64,000 bases of DNA from Octopus vulgaris (taxonomy: Eukaryota): the NCBI GenBank assembly GCA_951406725.2, contig OX597827.1, forward strand, positions 61,504,001 through 61,568,000, read 5' to 3'. The position numbers were made by a program, and so were the translations under genes. Below are positions 24,491 through 36,605 of the stretch, piece after piece; position 1 is the stretch's first letter; every line of letters begins with the position of its first letter. Under the pieces are notes generated by a model. That model did not search any database. It was not told where the DNA came from and was given only the letters and a program-made list of their open reading frames with translations.

Positions 24491-25525
24491 ACAGGGGTTG
24501 GGCAAAATAATGGAAACACCTTAAAATTTCTAACAGATTTATTTTAGTATGGGGTAGGACTAACTTTGGTAATAATTACAGCTTGAATTCTATGAGGTAT
24601 GGACTCATACAAAGTTGGAATTGTTTCTGAAGGAACTTTTGTCCATTCTTCAGCTAAAACAGTCTCCAGTTCTTGTAGTGACGATGGTGGAGGACATCAA
24701 CTCATTTGTTTTTCTAAAATGCACCATAAATGTTCAATAATTATTTCTTTACTGCCCACAGGGGGCTAAACATAGAGGGGACAAACAAGGACAGACAAAG
24801 GGTTTAAGTCGATTACATTGACCCCAGTGCATAACTGGTACTTATTTAATTGACCCCTAAAGGATGAAAGGCAAAGTCGACCTCGGCAGAATTGAACTCA
24901 GAACGCAACGACAGACGAAATACCGCTAAGCATTTCACCCGGCATGCTAACATTTCTGCCAGCTCACTGCCCTAAATGTTCAATGATATTGAAATCTGGG
25001 AACTGTAGTGGCCAGATAAGATGTTCAACTTCACTAGAATGTTCCTTGTGCCATTCAGCAGCAACTTTAGCTGTGTGAATTGCTGCATTATCATCCTGAA
25101 AGATTGTGTTTCCCTCCAGAAACAGTTCCGCAACCATAGGATGAATTTGAGCAGATAAAATACTTAAATAATTTTGACTATTAATTCTGCCATGAAGGGA
25201 AACCATTGGGCCAGCAGATTTCCAAGATATAGCCCCCCCCCCCTCCCACGATCCATGTTTAACAGTTGGAAGAAGGTAGTCTGGGTCAAATGCTTCTTTT
25301 GGCTATCTTCACGTGTATACTCAGCCGGTGGTCAGAATTAAGGTAAAGGATGACTTGTCTGAGAAAATAACATTCTTCCACTGCTCTAGGGACCAATTCT
25401 GTAGGTTTTTACTCCACTCTAAATGCTTTGCAACGTTTGTTTTTGAAAGTAGTGGTTTTCTGATTGCAGCCATCCCATGAAATCTGGCTTTGTACAGCTC
25501 CCAGTGAACAGTTTTTGTGGAAACA
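24491..25525 (-). mobile_element. Tc1-family transposase pseudogene, interrupted by a family B SINE (24745-24972)
   Basis: RKPLLS...WKNVIFSDKSSF and IFQDDNAAIHTAK...WPLQFPDFNIIEHL DDE motifs; terminal repeat CAGGGGTTGGGCAAAATAATGGAAACAC at 24492. Confidence 0.88.
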
Positions 25526-25707
25526 TATATATATATATATGTATATATATACATATACCAGTGTTGTAGTTTCAGCAATTAGCACACCATGTGACAGCCA
25601 CCACTGTATGCCGCTACTTCTTACACACTTTCTACCTACATACTTTTCTATCTATCTATTATTTCAATCCTGCTTTATACCTGTTTTTATTTATGTATTC
25701 CTCTCAG

Positions 25708-26269
25708 GTTCTACAGTTTTTCAGAGAAAGGACAAGTGGTTAATGCTCCCTACGTTGATAATTCTTACAAATGGTCTGGTGGTGGATTCCTTTCAACTGC
25801 TGAGGACTTGATAAAATTTGGAAATGCCATGCTGTACAGCTTCCAGTTTGATGACTCTGGTGATAGCACATCTCCTTTGAATACAAAAACAGAAGGACAA
25901 GGTGCACAAAACAAGAACAGCAATGAAGCCAGGTTGAAGGGCTATCTGAAGCGCAAAACAATGTTGGATCTATGGAAACCTGTCGAAGGGACCAATACTT
26001 CTGCGGCCCCTAATATTTATTATGGCCTTGGTTGGAGTGTTATTCCTCTCAAACATGAGCATGCTTATTGCTTGAAGAACCGTTTCTGTGCTTTCCATAC
26101 TGGGAATGCTATTGGTTCTAGTAGCATTTTGCTTATGTTACCTCGAGATTCACTGCAGTCAGAGGCTAACCCTCCCAAAGGAGTGGTAGTGGCTGCCATC
26201 TGCAATATTGGTGATGTTAGTTTACGTAAATTGGCCATATCTGTAGCTGATCTGTTTGATCGGGTATAG
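25708..26269 (+). CDS. LACTB: LACTB terminal exon copy A (7a); predicted 587-aa isoform
   Basis: TTCCTCTCAG|G acceptor, phase 2; VDNSYKWSGGGFLST, YGLGW and HTGNAIGSSS motifs; intact to TAG; AATAAA at 26453. Confidence 0.9.
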
Positions 26270-27189
26270 GAGTTTGGTGTTGTTACTGAAAGGACAAATG
26301 AAAGGGAAATCGAAGTCAGGAAGAAAATTTGGAAGAAACAGAGTAAACTTGAAGGAAAGAAAGAAAATCTAAATGAATGAAAAAGTAAATAATTGTAAGA
26401 AAGAAATAATGAACGAAAGGCTGAAAGAAAGAAATTAAAAAAACAACAAAGCAATAAAATTAATAACAAATAAGAACATTTACTTTATTTGATTTTCATT
26501 AAGACCCTGTGCAAGCATGGCTGTGTTGTTAAGAAGTTTGCTTTGCAACTGCATTGGTTTCAGGTTCAGTCCTACTGTAAGTGTCTTTTATTTACTATAA
26601 CCCCGAGTTGACCAAAGCCTTGCGAAAATATCTTTCCAAGGTGCTGCATAGTGAGACTGAACCTGAAACTACATGGTTGCGAAGTGACTTCTTAACCACA
26701 TAACCATATATCTGCATCGAAGGAGTAACGGGATTAAATATCGTTTATTGTTTTATCATAATGTGCTAACGAACGCGATAGAAGAGATGTTTGAATTGGA
26801 CTCGTTATATTATTGGTGCTGGGCTTTGTTTTTATTGTGTCTTCCTCTCTGGCAGCTGGGAAGGGGTCAACATGATAGCCTGATGAAATCTGAATTATCA
26901 TTTTAATGTCCACTTTTCCATGCTTGCTTGGGGCAGATGGAGTTTAGTGAGGCAATACTTGCCTGTTTCTAAGCAAGGTAATATTCCCCCATGGCTAGAT
27001 ATGTTTACACACATTTTTGAAAAAGAATGATGCTAGGAAGGGCATCCAACCGTAGAAACAATGCCAAATCAGACTGGAACCTGGTGCAGCTCTCTCTCTC
27101 TGGCTTATCAGTTCCAGTTAAACCATCCAACCTGTGCCAGCATGGAAAGCAAATGCTAAATGATGATGATGATGATGATGATGATGATA

Positions 27190-27221
<32 letters not shown>

Positions 27222-27223
<2 letters not shown>

Positions 27224-27471
27224 GAAAGAAAAAGGCGTTCAGAATGCTAGATGGTTGTAAAAAAATATATATTTATTTACATGTCACATATTATTTCTTC
27301 ATATTTTTTAGCACTTTCAACTACTCCTGTAGTTTCATCAGAAATATGACGAGACTGCAAGAGTTGTTGAAAGTGCTATAAAAAAATGAAGAAATAATAT
27401 GTGATATGTAAATAAATATATATATATTTTTTTACAACCATCCAGCATTCTGAACGCCTTTTTCTCTCATA
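27222..27471. mobile_element. ~250-bp palindromic Penelope-like fragment between the two LACTB terminal exons
   Basis: AAAAGGCGTTCAGAATGCT... pairs with ...AGCATTCTGAACGCCTTTT; ~115-bp arms; flanked by (TA)n. Confidence 0.75.
27300..27348 (-). ncRNA. Minimal hammerhead ribozyme candidate
   Basis: Minus strand CAUAUUU-CUGAUGA-AACUAC-AGGA-GUAGUU-GAAA-GUGC-UA-AAAAAUAUG: intact core, 6-bp stem II, minimal stem III, weak A/U stem I. Confidence 0.55.
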
Positions 27472-28388
27472 TATATTAAATCTGTACATCACCCCCAATA
27501 CTTCTAACATATATGTACATATATACATATATAACCCATGCTAGCATGAAAAACGGATGTTAAACAATGATGATGAGATATATAAAGAGAGGGATAGACA
27601 GGCAGCTATATATATACATATATCTTTTGGCACTGTGTATCAATTATGATGATAATTAACAATGGATTAAATTACCATTTTCTTCTGAAGATCTGGTGTT
27701 TCAAGTTCATCATGCAATTTCTGCACAACACACTAACACATGTAAAGATTATGTAATTTATGATGTTATAATAAAAAGATAAACTAAATGTCCTGTTTTA
27801 TTCTGTTCTCCTATATATCTATATAGATAGATGTGTATGTATATATATATATACACACCTAGCATTCTTTCAATAGTTAATCTATCTTTCCTTCTATTTG
27901 TCACCCTCCTACCTTCTTAGAACATATTCTGTGCATATCAGGCAACACATATCAAAGATGGTTAATATTGTTTATAGTAATTCTGTTCTTAGTGTATCAA
28001 TTGTTTTTTCCTTTTTTCCAAATCTAATAATACAAATGCAAATTCAACAATAAAGTCAGACTGAAGTTGCTTTATGTTTAGAAATAGCTTAAAGTTTGTA
28101 TGTTTATAGTTATGGCAAAGTGTGAGTTTCAGTGCTATGACAGCAACTACCATGTACCACTACTTATCTGTCTGTTCGTCTATCTATCTATCATCCATCA
28201 GTCTATCTCTACATCTTTGTTTGTCTATTTCAGTCTGTCTGTCTCTCCATCTCTTTGTCTGTTTCTCCATCTATCTATCAATCTATTACCTTTCTATCTT
28301 TCCCTCTATCTTGCTATCTATCCATCCAATTATCTATCTGTCAATCAATCAATCCTGCTTTATACCTGTGTTTATGTATTCCTCTCAG

Positions 28389-28932
28389 GTTCTACAGTGT
28401 CTCAAAGAATGGACAAATGGTTAATGCTCCCTACATTGACAATTCTTACAAGTGGGCTGGTGGTGGATTTCTTTCAACTGCTGAGGACTTGATAAAATTT
28501 GGAAATGCCATGCTGTACAGCTTCCAGTTCGATGATAATGTATCACCTTTGAGTACAAAAACAGGACAAGGTATGCAAAACAAAGAGGAAGCCAGGTTGA
28601 AGGGCTATCTGAAGCGCAAAACAATGTTGGATCTGTGGAAACCTGTTGAAGGGGCCAAAGTCTCTGAAGCTAATGATATTTACTATGGACTTGGGTGGGA
28701 GCTAATTCCTTTCAAACATGAGCATGCTTATTGCTTGAAGAACCGTTTCTATGCTTTCCATACTGGGAATGCTGTTGGTGCTAGTAGCATTTTGCTTATT
28801 TTACCTCGAGATTCACTGCAGTCAGAGACTAACCCTCCCAAAGGAGTGATAGTGACTGCCATCTGCAATATTGGCGAGGTTAGTTTGCGTAAATTGGCCT
28901 TGTCTGTAGCTGATCTGTTTGATCGGGTATAG
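28389..28932 (+). CDS. LACTB: LACTB terminal exon copy B (7b); predicted 581-aa isoform
   Basis: Same TTCCTCTCAG|G acceptor and phase as 7a; IDNSYKWAGGGFLST, YGLGW and HTGNAVGASS motifs; intact to TAG. Confidence 0.9.
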
Positions 28933-28964
28933 GAGTTTGGTGTTGTTACTGACTAACTGAACGA

Positions 28965-29640
28965 AAGACAACGAAAGAGAAATTGAAGTAAAAAAGAAAG
29001 AAAATTTGGAAGAATGAAAGGAAAATTGATGAAGAAATAAAGAAAAATGACAAAGAAAATTTGGAAGAATGAAAGAAAAAATAATAAAGAAAAAGAAAAT
29101 TGATAAAGAAATAAAGAAAAATGATAAAGAAAATTTGGAAGAGTGAAAGAAAAAATGGTGAAGAAATAAAGAAAAATGATAAAGAAAATTTGGAAGAATG
29201 AAAGAAAAAATGATAAAAAAAATTTGGAAGGATGAAAGAAAAAAATGATAAAAAAAATTTGGAAGGATGAAAGAAAAAATAAGGAAATAAAGAAAAATGA
29301 TAAAGAAAATTTGGAAGAATGAAAGAAAAAATGATTAAAGAAATAATGAAAAATGATAAAGAAAATTTGGGAGAATGAAAGAAAAAATAAAGAAATAAAA
29401 AAATGATAAAGAAAATTTGGAAGGATGAAAGAAAAAATGATAAAGAAATAAAGAAAAATGATAAAGAAAATTTGGAAGAATGAAAGAAAAAATAAGGAAG
29501 AAAGAAAATCTAGAAAAAAAATGGAAGAAAACATAAGAAAATTTGACAGAATGACAGAAAAAATAAGAAGAAAGAAATAATAAATGAAAGAAAAAATAAG
29601 AAGAAAGAAATAATAAATGAAAGAAATAAAAACGAAATTA
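28965..29640 (+). repeat. Purine-rich tandem repeat (AAGAAAATTTGGAAGAATGAAAGAAAAAATGAT...) in the 3' UTR of exon 7b
   Basis: More than ten degenerate ~35-50-bp units; a single seed copy is present at ~26320-26340 behind exon 7a. Confidence 0.9.
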
Positions 29641-30017
29641 ATAGTCAAAAAACAATAACAGCATTTGATCTCATTTTCATTAAGAATTATGACCATATTG
29701 TAAATGTGGTGATAGGAGTAAATGTGGTTTATTGTTTTCTTATAATGTAATAACATTGTGGAAGTGATGTTTCAGTTGAATCTTGTTATAATCCTGGTAT
29801 TGATCTTTGTTATATTGTCTTTCTCTGTTGCACCTGAGAAGGGACCAGCATGGTAAACCCTATTGAATTTGAATCACTTTAAAAATTTATTTTTTTAATA
29901 AAGTTAGTCATTCCTGACCAAAGATATTCCAGCTGTGGCCACCCCATCTTAATCTTTTTTTTTGAACATAGTCTATCTAAGACTATATTGTTTAATGTGT
30001 TCTTCCCGTTGCTGTTT

Positions 30018-30405
30018 GTTTGTTTGTTGAGCGAAGCAGTCTTCGTCCGAGAGCTCGCAAGATCGCGCCTCAGGAGAAGTCCGAAACGTGGTCCTTTGCT
30101 ATTCGTAAGAGCTGCAGAAGAGAAAGCAAGTCAGCCCCCGACACCCAGAGCATCGACGGATGGATGAATGTGCATCCAGGCTCAGCGGTTGCGTAAGTAG
30201 TCGGGGATAAGAAACAGGAAGAAAGAGTGAGAGAAAGTTGGAGCGAAAGAGTACAACAGGGGTCACCAGCACCCCCTGCCGGAGCCTCGTGGAGCTTTAG
30301 GTGTTTTCTCTCAATAAACACACACAACGCTCGGTCTGGGAATCGAAACCGCGATCCTCCAACCGCAAGTCCGCTGCCCTAACCACTGGGCCATTGCGCC
30401 TCCAC
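30018..30405 (-). mobile_element. Intact tRNA-derived SINE (family D head) with 14-bp target-site duplication
   Basis: TCCCGTTGCTGTTT at 30004-30017 and 30406-30419; A/B boxes; (CAAA)n tail; CpG-rich, so probably young. Confidence 0.88.
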
Positions 30406-30719
30406 TCCCGTTGCTGTTTAGCGTCATGATCAAAGCCATTCCAGTTGTGGCCTTTTCACCCTTAGGTATGTCCTTTTTGCTTACAAGGTGACCCCACCAG
30501 TGCTAGTACCACAAAGAGCACCTAGTACACTCTGTAAAGCTTCATCATCATTTAACATCCATTTCCCGTACTTGCTTGGGACAGATGAAATTTGGTGAAG
30601 CAAATTTTTTTACAGTTGGATGTCCTTCCTATCACCAACCCTCACCTTTCTCCATAAGGTCAGACATGCTTTCCACAGAAGACTGAAAATGAACAACATA
30701 GTTTATATGATGGTAACTT

Positions 30720-32822
30720 TTACTCTTTTACTTGTTTCAGTCATTTGACTGTGGCCATGCTGGAGCACCGCCTTTAGCCGAGCAAATCGACCCCAGGACT
30801 TATTCTTTGTAAGCCTAGTACTTATTCTATTGGTCTCTGTTGCTGAACCGCTAAGTTACAGGGACGTAAACACACCAGCATCGTTTGTCAAGCGATGTTG
30901 GGTGGGGGGGGAATAAACACAGACACACAAACATACATATATATATATGACAGGCTTCTTTCCGTTTCCGTCTACCAAATCCACTCACAAGGCTTTAGTC
31001 GGCCTGAGGTTATACAAGACACTTGCCCAAGGTGCCACGCAGTGGGACAGAACCCGGAACCATGTGGCTCATAAGCAAGCTACATACCACACAGCCACTT
31101 GTTTACAATCATCACATGTCAAGACATGAGTACACACATACAGAATGGGCTTCTATTTTCCGAATCCACGCACAAGGCTTTAGTTGGCTCATGGCTATAG
31201 TAGAAGACACCCAAGTTACCACCCAGTGGGATTGAACCCGAGACCATATGGCGAGGAAGCAAGTTTTCTTACCAGACAGTCACACCTGTACCCAAAGGTG
31301 GTGGGTAACTGATTTGAGTAGCGACAACTCAAGTTCTTGAGAGGGCTTTTTAATATTGCTGACGGCAAGGTAACCTCTGTAGAGTTGGTGCCATGAAAAA
31401 ATATCCCCAGTACACTCTGTAAACTGGTTGGTGTTAGAAATGCTTTATAGCCATTGCATTATGTCAAACTGTCCAAATGGATGTAAAATAATGATGGTGT
31501 ATACTCTTTTACTTGTTTCAGTCATTTGACTGTGTTCATGCTGGAGCACCGCCTTTAGTCGAACAAATTGACCCCAGGACTTATTCTTTGGAAGCCTAGT
31601 ACTTATTCTATTGGTCTCTTTTGCCGAACTGCTAAGTTACAGGGACGTAAACACACCAGCATCGGTTGTCAAGCGATGTTGGGGGACAAACACAGAAACA
31701 TACACACACACACATATATATATATACATATATACGATGGGCTTCTTTCAGTTTCCGTCTGCCAAATCCACTCACAAGGCTTTGGTCGGCCCGAGGTTAT
31801 AGTAGAAGACACTTGCCCAAGGTACCATACAGTGGGACTATTCACTTGTTACTTGTTTGAGCGAAGCCATGCTGTTAATGTTCATTATTGATATGACATT
31901 GACCAGTTGATCTGTACTTTCAAATAACATCTAGCCATTAAAATCCTGGCCAAAAGTCATTTCTCATCCGAGCCTTGGAAGGAAGCAAAAAAAAAGAATT
32001 TTTTTAAGCAAATGAGCACACACACTTTTTCACACAAAATAGTTTTCTGATCAACCCAAGGCTAAAATACATAAAAAGAAGACACTTGTTCAAGGTTCCA
32101 CACAGCCACACAAACTCTGAACCATAAGGCTGTGAAAAGAACTTTACTATATTTATGCCTATACCTTAAAAAGACATCAGTTTATAACATTCATTATTGT
32201 TTGACATCCACTTATCCATGCTTGCATGGATCAGAAAGAATTTGTTGAGGCAAATTTTCTATGGCCAGATGTCCCTCCTGTCACCAATCCTCACCTGTTT
32301 CCCCATGGTCAAGACATTTTCTATGGAAGACTAGAAATGAATAACATCATTTGTATGACAACAATGTCCATGAAGGTTCCACACAGCCGATCAAATTCAA
32401 AACCATAAGGTTACTCTTTTACTTGTTTCAGTCATTGGACTGCGGCCATGCTGGAGCACTGCCTTTAGTCGAGCAAATCGACCCCAGGACTTATTCTTTG
32501 TAAGCCTAGTACTTATTCTATTGGTCTCTTAAGCCGAACTGCTAAGTTACGGGGATGTAAACACACCAGCATCGGTTGTCAAGTGATGTTGGGGGGACAA
32601 ACACAGACACACAAACATATATATACATACACATATATACGACGGGCTTCTTTCAGTTTCTGTCTACCAAATCCACTCACAAGGCTTTGGTCAGCCCAAG
32701 GCTATAGAAGAAGATACTTGCCCAAGGCTATAGAAGAAGATACTTGCCCAAGGAGCCACACAGTGGGACTGAAACTGGAACCATGTGGTTGGTAAGCAAG
32801 CTACTTAACCACACAGCCACTC
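30720..32822 (-). mobile_element. Three co-oriented near-full family A SINEs (30720-31100, 31503-31840, 32412-32822)
   Basis: Each begins TACTCTTTTACTTGTTTCAGTCATT on the + strand and matches 14445-14855. Confidence 0.85.
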
Positions 32823-33135
32823 TGAGCTTTACCCCATTCATAGTTGTACCCTAACAGAACTCCATCATGTTAAGACAAGGGCACACTCAAACACACACAC
32901 ACACACACACACACATACATACAATGGACCTCTTTCAGTTCCCATCTACTAAATCCACTCAAGCATTTGGTTGGTCTAGTACTATAGAAAACATTTGCCC
33001 AAAGTACTACAGAAAGCACTTGTCCTGCTGCACAGTGGGACTGAACCAAAGACTACATGGTTGGGAACCAGCTTCTCAACCACACGACCAGTATATTATA
33101 TATAAAAAAAAATATAGAAACATTTAGTTAATACT

Positions 33136-33141
33136 TTTATT
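33136..33141 (-). terminator. Candidate polyadenylation signal for MESD
   Basis: AATAAA on the - strand ~1.2 kb after the stop, at the edge of unique sequence before the SINE cluster. Confidence 0.35.
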
Positions 33142-33862
33142 TCTGTTTATGATATAAAGGGATCAATATCTTACAGAGCAAGGGGACTGGAAAGAAAGGA
33201 AGAAAATGAGGAAAATTAATCCTGTCTGTGTTTAAAAAACCAATTAGATGTCACGGTTATAAAGTCACTGATGTTGGAGATGATGATGATGATAAATGAT
33301 GGAGACTCATTGTAAAAAAAACCAATTATTTTTTTTATATCATTCTGGCGATCTTTCGATATAGGAATCATTTATAAACCATGTGCGTTTGTTTACATTT
33401 CTGAAGATGATAGTTGGTTTCTGTAAAAAAATTTTTATTTTTTTAATATGGTGTTGGAGGAAAAGGGGATCTTTTGATATCTGCGTGAAAGTGAAAGAGA
33501 TAGAGAGAGTGCGAATATATGAGGAAAGTTCTTATGAAGTTGGCGTGAAGTGGAAGAATTGATGTGTGTGTTTGATAGTGTGTGCAAGACAGAATGTGTG
33601 GTGTGTACGTGAATTGCTTTTGTTAGTGTGAGTGTGAAGAGAGAGAGAGAGAGTAATGTTGCTGGTGTGTGTGTATGTGTGTGAGAGAGAGATAACTGAA
33701 ATTTTTTAATTCACTTTTTGTAGTGAGTGAATGTGTGAGTGATTGACAGAGAAAAAGCGAGAGAGAGAGAGAGAGAGAGAGAGAGGAGGGAGGGAGGGAG
33801 AGGAGGGAGGGAGGGAGTGGAGGGAGAGGTTATGTATGTATGTATGTATGTATGACTTCAGT

Positions 33863-33908
<46 letters not shown>

Positions 33909-34161
33909 CCAACTTCAAAAGAATTTCCCTGATCAAATCGCACTCTCTCTCTGTCTCTTTCACTTTTATGCTGACTTCAAAAGATACCCTTTCCCTCCAA
34001 CCTATATGTAAAAAAATAAATATTTATGGAAACCGCTGATGTTATTCAGAAAAGTAAATAAACACACGTGGTTTTATAATTTTATAAGTAACAGTTGTGT
34101 TACTAGTACCGTAAGATGGCCCATTATTCCTTTTAAAATACATACATACATCTGAGAAATA

Positions 34162-34205
<44 letters not shown>

Positions 34206-34302
34206 TTAGTCGAGATGAAAAGAGATTCTTCACTGTGTCTTTGGTTTTTTGGTAATCTATTTCTTCAGGAAATTTAGGACCACACTAGAGACTTTTTCCA
34301 CC

Positions 34303-34320
34303 TCATAATTCAGTTTTTTT
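34303..34320 (-). CDS. MESD: MESD exon 5 coding part: KKTEL-stop (ER retention signal)
   Basis: TTATAACAG|AAA AAA ACT GAA TTA TGA; phase 0 matches the exon 4 donor; MESD/boca proteins end in KDEL-like motifs. Confidence 0.8.
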   Translation of the reverse strand, partial: KKTEL

Positions 34321-36605
34321 CTGTTATAAATATATAGATATATAAAAGATAATTATATATTTGTTAATAAACATTAGATACAATAATTTATTAATAAACA
34401 GATACAATAAAATAAATGTAATTACAATAAAAATAATTGTTTTAAAGATTTATTCAGAAAACGGAAAGGCAATGCCCTTAATTTTTTTTCAGGACTTCCA
34501 AGATTATGGGTTGGAGGTTTTAATGAAGGAAAAAAGCAATTATTCCCAAACTGGAGACCTAGTGTGAGGGCTTGGAACAGATTAATTCTTCTAAAGACAC
34601 CAAAAGGTGTTGAACAGGTAGATAGATTAATAATAACAGTTTTTTAAACTCTGAGGAAGTATTTGTAATAAAGATAGAATTAAACATAAGTAGATGCTCA
34701 AACACACACATGAAGGACTTCAGTGATGTTGAACCGGCAACCTTTTTAATATATCCTACCTACCACTTCAATTTACTTTAGATCCATGATTGCAAATTTT
34801 TACATAGCTGGATTAAGTACATGTGTTATTGGACACCAATAACTTTTTAAATGCTATATATATATATAAGGATGGAAGCACATGGCCTAGTGGTTAGAGC
34901 AGCGGACACACGGTCGAGGGATCGTTGGTTCGAATCTCAAACCGGGCGATGTGTGTGTTTATGAGCGAAACACCTAAGCTCCACGCAGCTCCAGCAGAAG
35001 GTAATGGCAAACTTCTGCTGACTCTTTCCTCCTGCATCTTGCTCACCTGCGACAGACCGGCGTCCAGGTGGGGAACCTATACACCAAGGAAACTGGGAAA
35101 GCAGCCCTATGAGTCAGGCATGGCTCAAGAAGGAACAAACAATATCAGAAGGCTGCGTGTTCATATCACGTCGGGGTCACCAATTGTAACAAGATGGTCT
35201 CAGGAACACTTGATGGGTGTCTTATCTTGTCACATATAATTGTCGAAGGGAGAACCAAAACCCGACTGTCTTCAATAGCAATAAATAATACTTTATTTTT
35301 TGGGTTTCACAAATAAAAATATATACACATATATTTTCCTTAAGGGCGAACCAGTAGCCAAGTCCACAAGACTGTTCACAAATGTTCACTTGTGTGAGCC
35401 AAAATTACCATCTCCATTCTCGCTTAGAAGAGAGCTTCTCTGTATGTAGGGTTTTCCCTGAGAGAAGGTTGGTCACGTCCACTCGGTAGGGTTGCTGATT
35501 CAAAAAGACAGATTTAGCAGGAACGCTTTCAGCTTGCGCATGAGGGAACTTCCAGTGGCCTACCAGAAGTAATCCAACTCTGCACATGTGCGCTGAAAAC
35601 TTCCAAAACGCGTCAATACATATATAAGTAAACTTTTTAAAAGTTAAATACTAGCCAATAACACTTCTCTCTTCTCTCCTTTTGCAACAGGAGCAACCAT
35701 GTATCTCTTCTACTGCAGGACACCTGCTTTTATCCCTCTATCATAACTTTACCTCTCATCACCCAGCACAAAGCCACATCCCTCAATACTACTCAACCCT
35801 CAGCTGAGAAGTCTTGTCTTATGAGCCACTTGGTGACCTCACTCATGCTGGTGCCATGTAAAAAGCACCATATACATTCTGTAAAGTGGTTGGCTATAGG
35901 AAGGGAATTGAACCATAAAAACCATGCCAAAGCAGACAGTAGTGCTTGCTGCAATCCTTTGGCTCACCAGCTCCTATCAAACTGTCCAATCCATGCTCAC
36001 ATAGAAGGTACACATTAAATGATGATGATTATGTGTGTGTGTGTAAAATGAGTATTAAAATTGTTTTAAAGCAGAGATGGGTGCTACAAGTAATAATTTC
36101 ACTGCAAAGAAATACAGTTGCACTAGTACACTGCATTAAAAACACATTTTCTAAATTACTTGGCCTTTCCCAACAAGCCCTCAAAAACTCACAGCCAACT
36201 TGCGGACCGATATACAGCACAACATCTGCTTTATACTTTTAACCCTTTCACATTCAAATTGCTCAGTCAAATGTAATGTTTATTCACATTGTTTCGAGTT
36301 AGTCATGCATTATGTTGTAGCTTTGAGATTTCAACAATGTGATTGTTATTTTTAGAATAACATTGTAGGGTAAGTGTGATGGGCGAATCTAGCTTGTTTG
36401 AACATAAAACAGATGGGATATATGGGTAGTTCAAATATTAAATATTTAAACCCCACCACTAAGATATTGTAATTCCTCTAAGAAAACATTGTTAGATTGG
36501 ATATTTCTCAATATTGAGATTTTGTTTTTTTTAATCACACCTGAAAGTTTTGGTGAATTTTAATTAATGATTTAATTAATTAACAATGGAATATTTTATA
36601 CTAAC

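Noticed and set aside
2147-28932. Bacterial beta-lactamase, resistance gene or horizontal transfer
   Set aside because: Spliceosomal introns, a mitochondrial presequence and LACTB-specific motifs identify the ordinary metazoan gene.
25708-28932. Duplicated exon as uncollapsed heterozygosity
   Set aside because: About 16% amino-acid divergence, three indels and independently evolved flanks are too much for alleles; provisionally rejected pending long reads.
28953-29756. 267-aa hydrophobic minus-strand ORF resembling a membrane protein
   Set aside because: It is the antisense reading of the purine-rich tandem repeat; the F/L/I/S content is a composition artefact.
30335-30405. tRNA genes (also ~10745-10815, 34873-34945, 40557-40630, 42715-42790)
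   Set aside because: The A/B boxes run straight into repeated SINE bodies with no proper acceptor stem; these are SINE heads.
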